A stretch of 24,000 nt of DNA, taken from contig SICC01000001.1 in the NCBI GenBank assembly GCA_009694835.1, forward strand, positions 2,588 through 26,587, given 5' to 3'. The position numbers were made by a program, and so were the translations under genes. The notes beneath the pieces are model-generated. The model was not told the origin of the DNA. It did not search any database and saw only the letters and a list, made by a program, of their open reading frames with translations. Below, piece by piece: positions 1 to 9,129 of the stretch (position 1 is its first letter; every line of letters begins with the position of its first letter). The stretch comes from Patescibacteria group bacterium. Its GTDB lineage: Bacteria; Patescibacteriota; SICC01.

Positions 1-64
1 TATTCAAGGCTGGAACGCGCTACAATAAGAATACCGAGTTTCCAAGAAACCTCGAATAACACAC

Positions 65-1465
65 ATGAAACGTTCCGAATTGGCCATTTCCGCTGTCCTT
101 GTGCCGCTCGATGCGCTGGCGATATTCGGCGCGTTTTTATTGTCGTATTACGTTCGGGTCGAGACGACGGCGCTGCCGGTGGCTGACGTTATTCCGTTTG
201 ATCGCTACGCGAAGCTTTCGGCCGCTATTACGGTAGTCTGGCTGGTCATTTTTGCACTATTCGGACTCTATCGCCTTCACAGTACGCGCCGAGGTCTCAA
301 TGAATTCAGTCGACTGTTAGCAGCCGTGTTGGTTGGATCGCTGGTAGTGGTCGCCCTCATCTTCTTTGGTGACATCGATTACTTCTCTCGGTTTGTTATC
401 CTTTTCGGCTTCTTCACCAGCCTGATTCTGGTCACCCTCGTCCGAACCGCTGTCCGCTTCGTCCAACAGCGGCTGTTTCGCTACGGAATTGGCGTTCGTC
501 GAGCCATCATCGTTGGCACTGGCCAACCGGCGCAGGCGTTAGCCAAAGCCTTAACCGGGTCGAATCGCGGCTACGTGATTCTAGGCTTTGTCGAGACGGC
601 CCGGGCCAACAAGCGAAAACTCAAGGTCATCGGCTCGCTTTCGGGCGTAGCCACCATGCTCAAGCGATTACGTCCGGACGAACTGATTGACGCCGATCCA
701 AAACTTCCTGACCAGCAAAAACTTGAATTGTTGGCCTTGGCGGAGGATTCTCATATCGACTTCCGCTTCTCTTCGAATCTGACTGAGTTGGCGACGTCGC
801 GGGTCGACGTGACGGCCGTGGCCGGCATCCCCTTGATGACCATCAAGCCGACACCGCTCGAGGGCTGGGGACGGATTATCAAACGGATATTTGACGTCAT
901 TGGCTCGCTAATCGCTTTGCCATTTGTACTGATTCTGTATCCGTTCATCGCCTTAGCAATCAAGATCGATTCGCGCGGTCCGGTCATCTTTACGCAGAAG
1001 CGTGTCGGCCGTGAAGGAAAGATGTTCAACTACTACAAGTTCCGCGGCATGGTTAATAACGCCGAGAAACAGTTACCAAAACTAAAGAAATATAATGAGG
1101 TCAGCGGGCCTGTCTTTAAAATGAAGGACGATCCGCGGGTGACGAAGGTCGGCCGGTTTATTCGTCGGACGAGTTTAGATGAGCTGCCGCAAGTCTTTAA
1201 CGTTCTAAAAGGCGACATGAGTCTGGTTGGTCCGCGGCCGCCGTTACCGGATGAAGTTAAGCAATACACCCGCGAGCAACGGAAACGGCTCACCATCAAG
1301 CCAGGAATCACTGGTCCATGGCAGGTGTCTGGTCGGTCCAGTATTGGTTTTGATGAGTGGGTGCGGCTCGATATCTACTACATCCAGAACTGGTCGCTGC
1401 TGCTCGACCTGACGATCTTACTGAAGACGGTCGCCGTGGTGGTGACGCGAAAAGGCGCGTACTAA
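65..1465 (+). CDS. Polyprenyl-phosphate glycosyl-1-phosphate transferase (bacterial sugar transferase, WbaP/CpsE-like initiating enzyme)
   Basis: 466-aa ORF with several N-terminal hydrophobic helices. The C-terminal catalytic domain carries family hallmarks: KRIFDVIGSLIALPF, PVIFTQKRVGREGKMFNYYKFRGM, DELPQVFNVLKGDMSLVGPRPP, TIKPGITGPWQVSGRS. Confidence 0.9.
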   Translation: MKRSELAISAVLVPLDALAIFGAFLLSYYVRVETTALPVADVIPFDRYAKLSAAITVVWLVIFALFGLYRLHSTRRGLNEFSRLLAAVLVGSLVVVALIFFGDIDYFSRFVILFGFFTSLILVTLVRTAVRFVQQRLFRYGIGVRRAIIVGTGQPAQALAKALTGSNRGYVILGFVETARANKRKLKVIGSLSGVATMLKRLRPDELIDADPKLPDQQKLELLALAEDSHIDFRFSSNLTELATSRVDVTAVAGIPLMTIKPTPLEGWGRIIKRIFDVIGSLIALPFVLILYPFIALAIKIDSRGPVIFTQKRVGREGKMFNYYKFRGMVNNAEKQLPKLKKYNEVSGPVFKMKDDPRVTKVGRFIRRTSLDELPQVFNVLKGDMSLVGPRPPLPDEVKQYTREQRKRLTIKPGITGPWQVSGRSSIGFDEWVRLDIYYIQNWSLLLDLTILLKTVAVVVTRKGAY

Positions 1466-2584
1466 ATGGCGCGAGCACCGCGGGTCGCTCTGGTCCACGA
1501 ACACCTCACCCAAAATGGGGGAGCGGAGCAAGTGCTGTGCGAGCTGATGCGGATGTGGCCGAAGGCTCCAGTCTATACGTTGGTGTATGACGAGAAAGCC
1601 ATGGGCCCGGAATTCGCCAAAGCGGCCAAGGGACGCATTCACACCACCGGCTGGCAGGATTTTCCAGGTGCGGTACAGCATCCCAAGTGGCTACTGACCT
1701 GGATTGACGGTGCCTATCGGTATCTGGACCTTTCCGACTTCGACATCGTGATTTCTGATGCGTCTGGCTGGGCTAAAAGCGTCCGCACCAAGCCGGAAAC
1801 GCTTCACATTTGTTACTGCCATACACCGCCGCGCTACATCTGGAGTTCTGGCGATTCGTATATCGAAGAGACGGGCTACCCGACACCGTTGAAGTGGACG
1901 TTCAAGCAGATGATCAGCTGGTTTCGTCGAAAAGATTTGCGAGCGGCTCGCGGGGTTGATGACTTCGTCACCAACTCCAAGTACGTCGCCAAGCGAATCA
2001 AGAAATACTACGGTCGAAACTCAACCGTCATCTATCCGCCGGTCGATATCTCGAAATTCAGTCTCAGTAAGAAGAAAAGTGATTACTATCTGATTGCCGG
2101 ACGGTTGGTTCCGTACAAGCGGATCGATGTAGCCATTAAAGCCGCCAACGAACTCAAAATTCCATTGAAGATTATGGGTGATGGGGTCGATCGAAAACGC
2201 CTGGAAGAGCTGGCGGGGCCAACGGTCGAATTCACCGGACGGGTCTCAGATGCGGAACGAAAGAAATTGTTTGCCAAGGCCAAAGTGCTCATCAACCCCC
2301 AGGAGGAAGATTTTGGAATAACTATGGTCGAAGCCTTGGCCTCTGGAACACCGGTGATTGCCTACAGCGTTGGCGGTGCCACGGAAATCCTTGAAGGGGG
2401 AAAAGAAGGGATACTGTTCCGACCGCAGACAGTTCCAGCCTTGATGAGTGCTATCAAATCATTCGAACGCAAGACGTTTTCTGCCAGTCGCCTACGAAAA
2501 CGTGGAGAAGTTTTTTCAGCGCCGCGGTTTCGTCAGGATTTCAAGCGACACGTTGATGAAGCCTACAAGACGTTTCGTGACTAG
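1466..2584 (+). CDS. Glycosyltransferase family 4 (GT-B, retaining type)
   Basis: 372-aa ORF whose ATG directly follows the upstream TAA. C-terminal GT4 signature EEDFGITMVEALASGTPVIAYSVGGATEIL, with the preceding LIAGRLVPYKRID segment. Confidence 0.85.
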   Translation: MARAPRVALVHEHLTQNGGAEQVLCELMRMWPKAPVYTLVYDEKAMGPEFAKAAKGRIHTTGWQDFPGAVQHPKWLLTWIDGAYRYLDLSDFDIVISDASGWAKSVRTKPETLHICYCHTPPRYIWSSGDSYIEETGYPTPLKWTFKQMISWFRRKDLRAARGVDDFVTNSKYVAKRIKKYYGRNSTVIYPPVDISKFSLSKKKSDYYLIAGRLVPYKRIDVAIKAANELKIPLKIMGDGVDRKRLEELAGPTVEFTGRVSDAERKKLFAKAKVLINPQEEDFGITMVEALASGTPVIAYSVGGATEILEGGKEGILFRPQTVPALMSAIKSFERKTFSASRLRKRGEVFSAPRFRQDFKRHVDEAYKTFRD

Positions 2585-2605
2585 CGACTAACGACTAACG
2601 ACTAT
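2585..2605. repeat. Tandem heptamer CGACTAA x2 + CGACTAT, with flanking GACTAG copies at 2579-2584 and 2610-2615
   Basis: Read directly: gactag cgactaa cgactaa cgactat agta gactag. It places stop codons in all three plus-strand frames between two co-directional genes. Confidence 0.5.
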
Positions 2606-2619
2606 AGTAGACTAGCACC

Positions 2620-3216
2620 ATGGAGCTTTCGTACTACGGACATTTTTTCAAACGCCACGCACTGTTGATTCTGGGGGTGGCGGTTCTGGTTGCCGCTATT
2701 GCTGGAGGCGTTTCGGCCGTACAAAAAACCCAAACGCAGGCGACCGGATCAGTCTTGGTTAAAGTTCAAGATAATCGCCAACTGGCTGATTACGATTATG
2801 ACCAGTACTACGTCACCCAAGCGGTCGATCTGTATACGACCAACATTGTCAGCTGGCTGAATTCCGGACAGAATAAAGACGATATCAGGCAAACCGCCAA
2901 GGTTTCTGACGCCCGAATCGTTGGCAAGAAGAACGGCGGCACCGTCGAGCTCACGGTTACAGCCGACCAGCCGGATCAGGCCACCGCGGTCCTCAAGGCA
3001 ACCACAGCGTTGATTGCCAGTCGTACCAGTCAGATTGCTCCCGGCCCGAGCCGGAGTTCGTTCCAAACCGTGGCCAGCCCGGCCAGCACGCATGAACAGA
3101 AATCTCAGCCACTTCGTGACGCTGTCATTGGGTTTATCGCTGGCTTGGTACTTGGCTTGGTGCTGGCCTTACTGGTGGAAGCCATGCGGCCACGTTCTAG
3201 CCGTAGTCGGGGATAA
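2620..3216 (+). CDS. Small Wzz-like polysaccharide chain-length-determinant-type membrane protein (no kinase domain)
   Basis: 198 aa. N-terminal TM (ALLILGVAVLVAAIAGGV), a soluble middle and a C-terminal TM (VIGFIAGLVLGLVLALLV) followed by a basic tail. This is PCP/Wzz topology in a glycan-operon context. The call rests on topology and context only. Confidence 0.5.
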   Translation: MELSYYGHFFKRHALLILGVAVLVAAIAGGVSAVQKTQTQATGSVLVKVQDNRQLADYDYDQYYVTQAVDLYTTNIVSWLNSGQNKDDIRQTAKVSDARIVGKKNGGTVELTVTADQPDQATAVLKATTALIASRTSQIAPGPSRSSFQTVASPASTHEQKSQPLRDAVIGFIAGLVLGLVLALLVEAMRPRSSRSRG

Positions 3217-3234
3217 GCTGTTAGCGGGGACGGC

Positions 3235-4338
3235 ATGAGAATTGCCGTTGATATTCGCAGCCTACTCTCGCCGACTGGGCGCGGTGTCAGTCACTACGCT
3301 AGCTCGTTACTGTCCGAGATGGTCACTCGTCATCCAGCGGATACCTGGATGCTGTTTTCATCCGGCCGACGCCGCCCGAAATTGCCAGCCGTCTTACGAG
3401 ACACCACGAGGCTGAGGCACGTCAATCTGCCAAACAAGGTAATGAATGGACTACTGGCGACTGGCGCGACCACCTTGGAACGTTATGTCGGGCCGGTCGA
3501 TGTTTGGTTTGCGCCGAATCTCGGCTTTGTTCCTGTTCCGGAAACCACGCCACTGGTGGTGACGGTGCATGATCTTTCATTCGAAGTGGCACCGCACTAC
3601 TTTTCAACTAAAGATCGGTTATGGCACAAGGCGGTCCGCCCGCGGAAATTGTTGCAACGAGCGAATAAGGTCATCGCTATTTCTAATGAAACTGCCAAGG
3701 AATTGAAGCAGCACTACGGACTGCCAGCCTCAAAGATTACGGTTATTAGCTCTGCCATCGATTCAGTCTATGGAAAGAAAATCTCAGTCACAGAACGCGA
3801 CCGTGTGCGTCAAAAATATGGATTATCCAAACCATATTTTCTTTACTTGGGGGCCATCGAGCCGCGCAAAAATATTCCGACGCTCCTTTCGGCCTATCGA
3901 TTGGCTCGGCAGCAAGGAGTAACTGCCGAACTTGTCCTGGCGGGGACTGGTAAAAAAGTAAAGGAAACTGAAGGTGTCAGAGCCCTTGGCTACGTTGACG
4001 AAGCCGACAAGCCGGCACTCTATCACGACGCCGTAGCGCTGACGCTCATCTCACGCCACGAAGGATTTGGCTTTCCGCCATTGGAGGCCTTGGCCTGTGG
4101 TACACCGAGCATCGTTTCCGACTTATCAATTTTTCAGGAGACCCTCGGAAAAGCCGCCTGGCCAGTTCCGGTCGGCGATCCGGCCGCGATTGCCGACGCC
4201 CTAGTACAATTAGAACGTGATAAGAGGCTTTGTCAGAATCTGGTCAAACGTGGTCAACCACTCCTTAAGCGGTATACCTGGAAACGGGCGGCCAGTGAGA
4301 CCTATAACGTCCTTAAAGAGGTGAGCCGTGCGCGGTGA
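3235..4338 (+). CDS. Glycosyltransferase family 4
   Basis: 367 aa. Motifs YFLYLGAIEPRKN and SRHEGFGFPPLEALACGTPSIVSD are typical of GT4/GT1 GT-B enzymes. Confidence 0.85.
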   Translation: MRIAVDIRSLLSPTGRGVSHYASSLLSEMVTRHPADTWMLFSSGRRRPKLPAVLRDTTRLRHVNLPNKVMNGLLATGATTLERYVGPVDVWFAPNLGFVPVPETTPLVVTVHDLSFEVAPHYFSTKDRLWHKAVRPRKLLQRANKVIAISNETAKELKQHYGLPASKITVISSAIDSVYGKKISVTERDRVRQKYGLSKPYFLYLGAIEPRKNIPTLLSAYRLARQQGVTAELVLAGTGKKVKETEGVRALGYVDEADKPALYHDAVALTLISRHEGFGFPPLEALACGTPSIVSDLSIFQETLGKAAWPVPVGDPAAIADALVQLERDKRLCQNLVKRGQPLLKRYTWKRAASETYNVLKEVSRAR

Positions 4339-6334
4339 TATTCGCCCTCCTAAACGCGTTAAACGACCCGCTCAGCCCAGCTCGGCTCGTCGCCCTATTG
4401 CTCCGCCACGTTCCGCTCCGGATCGGAAGTCGAACCAGCTTCGGCCAGCTCCTAACCTTATCGGTAAACGGCCGTCGTCAGGATTTCGACCGAAAGTCGC
4501 CGTTACCGCCGCCCTCGTCCTGTTAGCGGCGGCGGCAGTTGGCGTCCACGCCCGCGACAGTGTGACCGAAACCCGTGGCGACGTGGCCGCCAGCGTCGAG
4601 GTGGCTCAACAATCATTCAAAGCAGCCGAAGCCGACATGAAGTCGATGGACATTGCCGGAGCCGAACGCGAGTTTGGAACCGCGGAGACCTCGCTTGGGC
4701 ACGCTAATCAACAGCTGGCCGGAAAGGGTTTGGTCGGAGGATTGGCGGCTGGCCAAGCCAGCGGTGATATCCGTACTTCTCAACAGCTCTTAGCAACGGC
4801 TCAAGAGACGGCTAAGACTGGCCACGAGCTGGTGATTGAGATTCGCCGAGCTGGTGAGGAAACCGCCAAAAGTGATCAAGGCTTTTTCCGAGCCGGTGAA
4901 ATTGCCCAAGCGTATTTACCGCGGATTGATCAGAAGTTGAGTGAGTTAGATCATCAGCTCGGGACCTTGGAATACCTTCGCCAGCGAGCGAGCGACTCGA
5001 GTAACCCGGAGCTCTCCAGCGCCGCCGCCAAGTTCGATGACGTCTTACCGAGTGCTCGGAAAGCCGTCGGGCAAGCCCGGGAAGTGGCCGGTGCCTTACC
5101 GGACTTCTTAGGTCATGACCAATTCACGCGCTACATCCTGTTATTCCAGAATCCGGCCGAACTTCGACCGACCGGTGGGTTCACGGGGACTATCGGTCAG
5201 TTGACGCTTGATGACGGTGCGGTCAAAGAACTCAATATCGAAAGTATCTACAATCCTGCTAACCAAGCCAGGTTGTCGGCTCATGAAGACGCCCCGGGTC
5301 CGCTGGAACGGCCGACCAACGGTGATCCTTCCACCAAGATTCAGTGGTTCATGCAGGATGCTAACTGGAATCCGAATTTCCCGACCAGTGCCGAGAAGTA
5401 TCAATACTTCTATGAGAAGTCTGGCGGGCCAAGTACGGACGGTGTGATTGCCGTCACGGCTTCTCCAGTCATTGAAATTCTTCGGATCATCGGGCCAATC
5501 GAGCAGCCGGATGTCGGGGAAACTATCACCGCCGATTCATTCTACGAGACGATTGCGAACTATCAAAAAACTAATGCCATCGCTGGCAATGATCCTAAAA
5601 CGCTATTGCGAGATTTTCTTCCTAAGCTTCTTGAGAAAATCCGTCAGGCCCCAGCCGATCAGCAGCAAAAAGTCAGGCAGATTATGGCCGAGTCACTCAA
5701 AGCTAAGGATGTACAGCTTTCGTTCAACGATGATCGTCTGCAAAAGTTTGTAAACCGAGCAGGGTTGGGCGGACAATTGGATGTCGGACCGGGCGAACTA
5801 GCCTTGGTCGAAGCTAACCTGGCGGCCAACAAATCTAGTGCCGATGTCTCCGTTTCGCTGGACCGAGATCTGGAAATCGGTAGCAACGGTACCGTTGACG
5901 GTACGTTGGCACTCACTCGGACCTACGACGGTACGACCAACACCCTTATCAACGGAACCTTTACGCGACTCTATTTGCCGAAGGGAACTAGTGTTGATGC
6001 TACCGATGGGTGGGCTGACTATGCGCCTTCGAACGTCGACACTGAAGGTAACTACACGGTGATTTCTGGCTGGACAGACGTTAACCCGGGAGAGACCCGC
6101 ATCATTCACGCCAACTACCAACTGCCGGACAAAGTTGATCTTCGCACCGGCGAGTTCCCACTGACCTTCTGGCGTCAGGCCGGTTCGAACGTCAATCTGA
6201 CGACCAAAGTGACGCTGCCAGACGGCTATACCTGGGACGGGGTACCGGGGGCGGTCGTCACTGGGAACGTCATAACGTTTAACGAACCGGTCAGGTCTGA
6301 TATCGTTCACCGGTTAACCTTCAAGAAACGATAA
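4328..6334 (+). CDS. DUF4012 domain-containing membrane-anchored protein
   Basis: 668 aa with a GTG start overlapping the upstream gene by 11 nt. Basic, Pro-rich N-terminus, one TM (VAVTAALVLLAAAAVGV) and a long extracytoplasmic region. It carries the DUF4012 hallmark LLFQNPAELRPTGGFTGTIGQLTLDDG. Confidence 0.8.
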   Translation: MRGDIRPPKRVKRPAQPSSARRPIAPPRSAPDRKSNQLRPAPNLIGKRPSSGFRPKVAVTAALVLLAAAAVGVHARDSVTETRGDVAASVEVAQQSFKAAEADMKSMDIAGAEREFGTAETSLGHANQQLAGKGLVGGLAAGQASGDIRTSQQLLATAQETAKTGHELVIEIRRAGEETAKSDQGFFRAGEIAQAYLPRIDQKLSELDHQLGTLEYLRQRASDSSNPELSSAAAKFDDVLPSARKAVGQAREVAGALPDFLGHDQFTRYILLFQNPAELRPTGGFTGTIGQLTLDDGAVKELNIESIYNPANQARLSAHEDAPGPLERPTNGDPSTKIQWFMQDANWNPNFPTSAEKYQYFYEKSGGPSTDGVIAVTASPVIEILRIIGPIEQPDVGETITADSFYETIANYQKTNAIAGNDPKTLLRDFLPKLLEKIRQAPADQQQKVRQIMAESLKAKDVQLSFNDDRLQKFVNRAGLGGQLDVGPGELALVEANLAANKSSADVSVSLDRDLEIGSNGTVDGTLALTRTYDGTTNTLINGTFTRLYLPKGTSVDATDGWADYAPSNVDTEGNYTVISGWTDVNPGETRIIHANYQLPDKVDLRTGEFPLTFWRQAGSNVNLTTKVTLPDGYTWDGVPGAVVTGNVITFNEPVRSDIVHRLTFKKR

Positions 6335-7041
6335 TGGGAATCATCCATTTCATCTACTTTGAGTTGCTCTACCGGCCGGTCTATAACCTGGTGCTGTTTA
6401 CCTATGAGACGCTGCCGGGCCACGACATGGGACTGACGATTATCTATCTGGCCATCCTGATGCGGGTGATTCTCTTGCCGATTTCGCTGACCGGATCCAG
6501 TTCGGCCCGGCGGATGGAGACCATTAAGCCGCAACTCGACCAAGCCGCCCGGATTCCCGACGCCGGTCGGCGCCGTCAGCACACCGAGAAGCTGCTCAAA
6601 AAGAATCACATCAATGTCTATGCTACCGCCCTGGTACTCGGAATACAGATTTTGTTCTTAGCGTTGCTGTATCAAGTGTTCCAGAACGGACTTCATCAAG
6701 ATCCAAATGAATTGGCCTACTTTACGGTTAGCGGGCCGATTGATACGACGTTCTTCGGAACCTTTGACTTGGCAATTCGTAATTGGTGGCTGCCGCTGAT
6801 TACCTCGATCTTGCTCTACGTGATGTTGTCGATTACCACGCCGGAGCCGGAAGAGGGTGCCAAGCTCTCTGACGTCTGGTACGTCATCGCCTTACCGGCT
6901 GCGGTCTTCGTCGTTCTGTTACTGTTACCGTCGGCCAAGTCGCTCTTCCTGCTGACCAGTATTCTCTTCTCAGTCGGGCTCTACATGGTGGCCAAATACG
7001 TCTTCCAGGTCGAGCCGCCGACTCAGCAAGACGCTGACTAA
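6334..7041 (+). CDS. yidC: Membrane protein insertase, YidC/Oxa1 family (short form)
   Basis: 235 aa. The N-terminal region GLTIIYLAILMRVILLPISLTGSSSARRMETIKPQLDQ matches the conserved YidC TM/amphipathic core, and several TM helices follow. The start overlaps the DUF4012 stop (TAATG). Confidence 0.7.
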   Translation: MGIIHFIYFELLYRPVYNLVLFTYETLPGHDMGLTIIYLAILMRVILLPISLTGSSSARRMETIKPQLDQAARIPDAGRRRQHTEKLLKKNHINVYATALVLGIQILFLALLYQVFQNGLHQDPNELAYFTVSGPIDTTFFGTFDLAIRNWWLPLITSILLYVMLSITTPEPEEGAKLSDVWYVIALPAAVFVVLLLLPSAKSLFLLTSILFSVGLYMVAKYVFQVEPPTQQDAD

Positions 7042-7121
7042 TCCCTTGGTTCAGCTAAAACTTGTTTTTTTAAGGAACAAAGGACTATACTGATGTCTCG
7101 GATGTTTCCGAGCACGCACGT

Positions 7122-7685
7122 ATGAATAAACTCGTTGTATCATTCCTCCTCGATGACGTCCTGATGGGACTGTTCATCTCCGTCCCCCCAGGCCACGTGG
7201 CCTGTGTCTACGACCGTGGGCGCGGTGTCTTAAAGAAGGTCTGGAAACCGGGACTCCATCTGAAAATCCCGTTCTGGCAGAAGGCCAAGTTGTTCAACGT
7301 CCAGACGCTCGAGTATGGGATCAAAAAGGGATTCGATATGGCCGATCCGGCTGTCCTCGGAGACGAAGAAATCCAGTCCAAGACGGCGAACGGAGATGAT
7401 GTTCACATCCAGGGAACTATCTTGTTCAGGCTGGACGAGGCTGAAGTCTCGCGGGTCTGGCAAGAGATTGGTGAGGACTACGTTGAGAAAATCATCCGCC
7501 CGATTACCCGCTCCCGCATTCGCTTAGTTATCAGTCGCCACAATACCGATGACATCATCAGCAAGCGCCGTGACCAGATTGAGGAAGAAATCAAAGGCGA
7601 ATTGACCAGGAGTTTCCAGGAAAAGGGCGTGATTGTAGAAGACGTGCTGCTCTCGCATGTCATGCCGGTACGCCAAACGCGTTAG
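7122..7685 (+). CDS. SPFH/band-7 (prohibitin/HflC-like) domain protein, short, lacking the usual C-terminal coiled coil
   Basis: 187 aa. The pattern VPPGHVACVYDRGRGV...PGLHLKIPFWQKAKLFNVQTLEY...TANGDDVHIQGTILFRL...IIRPITRSRIRLVISRHN...ISKRRDQIEEEI...GVIVEDVLLS follows the SPFH core order. Confidence 0.75.
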   Translation: MNKLVVSFLLDDVLMGLFISVPPGHVACVYDRGRGVLKKVWKPGLHLKIPFWQKAKLFNVQTLEYGIKKGFDMADPAVLGDEEIQSKTANGDDVHIQGTILFRLDEAEVSRVWQEIGEDYVEKIIRPITRSRIRLVISRHNTDDIISKRRDQIEEEIKGELTRSFQEKGVIVEDVLLSHVMPVRQTR

Positions 7686-7727
7686 GCACGTATTGATGGC
7701 TACCATACAATGAAATCAGAGGAACCC

Positions 7728-7850
7728 ATGTCAGAACGACTTGTTGAAGAAAAAGAAGAAAGTACCGGCACGCTTGCAAAAGCCGGTTTGTTCTGGGCAA
7801 TTTTAGCGATTCCGCTGCTGCTGTGGCGACGGCTGCGCAGGCGACGATAA
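7728..7850 (+). CDS. Possible 40-aa tail-anchored membrane peptide (MSERLVEEKEESTGTLAKAGLFWAILAIPLLLWRRLRRRR)
   Basis: Hand-translated and below the ORF-track cutoff. SD-like AGAGGAA lies 4 nt upstream of the ATG. Acidic N-terminus, one TM and a poly-Arg C-terminus. No homology argument is available. Confidence 0.3.
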   Translation: MSERLVEEKEESTGTLAKAGLFWAILAIPLLLWRRLRRRR

Positions 7851-7946
7851 CGAAATAGCTTGCACCCTCTACGCCTGTGTGCTACAAAAGGTGGGACTTA
7901 GCGATTCAACGTAATCGTTCAAAACAAATAATAAAAGGAGAAAGAC

Positions 7947-8372
7947 ATGGCAGAAGATATTAAGGACGTCAGCACCCGCGGTGCATTGATGGCGATTGCG
8001 ATCGCGACGATTGTTATTGCGGTAGTAGCTAGTGTGACCGTACTCGGTCCGCAAATTGGCAGTAAGGCACCGAAGCGCAAACAGTACCAGGCCGTATTCC
8101 TGACTAACGGTCAGGTCTACTTCGGTAAACTGCGAAATCTCGGTGGCAAGTACGTCTCACTACAAGACGTCTACACCGTGCAGTCACAGGCCGCGGTCCA
8201 AGCCTCAGCCAGTCCAGGCGGAGCCTCACTGGCACTCATCAAGAACGATCAGAACAACCTGATCAAGCCTGAGTCCAACATCACCATTTCATCCGACTCC
8301 ATCCTCTTCTGGGAGAATATGCAGAACGATGCTGAAGTCGTGAAGAAGATTAACGATAGTTCGAAGAAATAA
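7947..8372 (+). CDS. Hypothetical membrane-anchored protein
   Basis: 141 aa. Strong SD (AAAAGGAGAAAGAC-ATG), an N-terminal TM (ALMAIAIATIVIAVVASVTVL) and a terminator-like hairpin downstream. No family recognised. Confidence 0.7.
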   Translation: MAEDIKDVSTRGALMAIAIATIVIAVVASVTVLGPQIGSKAPKRKQYQAVFLTNGQVYFGKLRNLGGKYVSLQDVYTVQSQAAVQASASPGGASLALIKNDQNNLIKPESNITISSDSILFWENMQNDAEVVKKINDSSKK

Positions 8373-8390
8373 CTGAATCGCCTTCATCTG

Positions 8391-8421
8391 AACGCCCGCT
8401 GGTTACTCGGCGGGCGTTTGG
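8391..8421 (+). terminator. Hairpin, weak intrinsic terminator
   Basis: AACGCCCGC (8391-8399) pairs with GCGGGCGTT (8410-8418). Only a short T tract (TTT) follows. Confidence 0.5.
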
Positions 8422-8517
8422 TGTGGCGGTCAGCCCTTACGGGTGCCACCAGGAACGCGGTATACTCGTGACGATTCAACTGAATACGTAATCAACGACG
8501 GAAGGAGGTGAGTGCAC

Positions 8518-8898
8518 ATGGCAAAGAAATATGTACTAGTACTAGGTATCATTTTCGTCCTCATCGGTATTTTGGGCTTTATTGACCCATTAACACCGAA
8601 CGGCAACCTACTTGGCGTCTTTGCAGTCGACCTGGATCACAACCTCGTCCACTTGCTTTCCGGTCTCGTCGCGCTGGCAGCAGTCGCGGGTGGCGAAAGC
8701 TACTCACTGCTCTACGCTAAGGTCTTTGGTGTCGTCTACGCGGTCGTAACGATCCTGGGGTTTATGGTTGGAGATGGACAGATTCTTGGCGTGATTATCG
8801 TCAACCAAGCCGACAACGTCCTTCACTTAGCAATCGCCGCCTCGGCGCTCTACGTGGGGTTTGCAGGAGATTCAAAACCGAAGCGAGCAGTAGCGTAA
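8518..8898 (+). CDS. DUF4383-like small integral membrane protein
   Basis: Four hydrophobic helices with the motifs DxxHNLVHLLSG and ADNVLHLAIA. The ATG at 8518 (MAKKY...) is preferred over the track's GTG at 8512 because GGAGG at 8504-8508 gives 9-nt spacing. Confidence 0.75.
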   Translation: MAKKYVLVLGIIFVLIGILGFIDPLTPNGNLLGVFAVDLDHNLVHLLSGLVALAAVAGGESYSLLYAKVFGVVYAVVTILGFMVGDGQILGVIIVNQADNVLHLAIAASALYVGFAGDSKPKRAVA

Positions 8899-8914
8899 CT
8901 ACGCTTAATTCAAG

Positions 8915-8949
8915 AAAAAGTCCTTCACTTAGGGACTTTTTCTGTTTTT
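8915..8949 (+). terminator. Rho-independent terminator
   Basis: AAAAAGTCCTT / AGGGACTTTTT stem around a CACTT loop, followed by CTGTTTTT. Confidence 0.7.
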
Positions 8950-9101
8950 CGGTGATCAAAAGCGGTTATGACCGGCTTTTTATGCCTGTATCCACAGGTT
9001 CTGGGGATGACTGACGACTGAAATTAGGAAGACTCAAGATACGATTAATTAGCCTCAAAGTAGCCATTTATAGCCTTAACCGAGGGAAATTCATTCTATT
9101 C

Positions 9102-9129
9102 TTGACACGTTTTTACGTCGTGCTATAGT
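9102..9129 (+). promoter_or_regulatory. Sigma-70-like promoter (TTGACA-N16-TATAGT)
   Basis: TTGACA at 9102-9107 and TATAGT at 9124-9129, about 75 nt upstream of the Rpf-like CDS. Confidence 0.45.
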
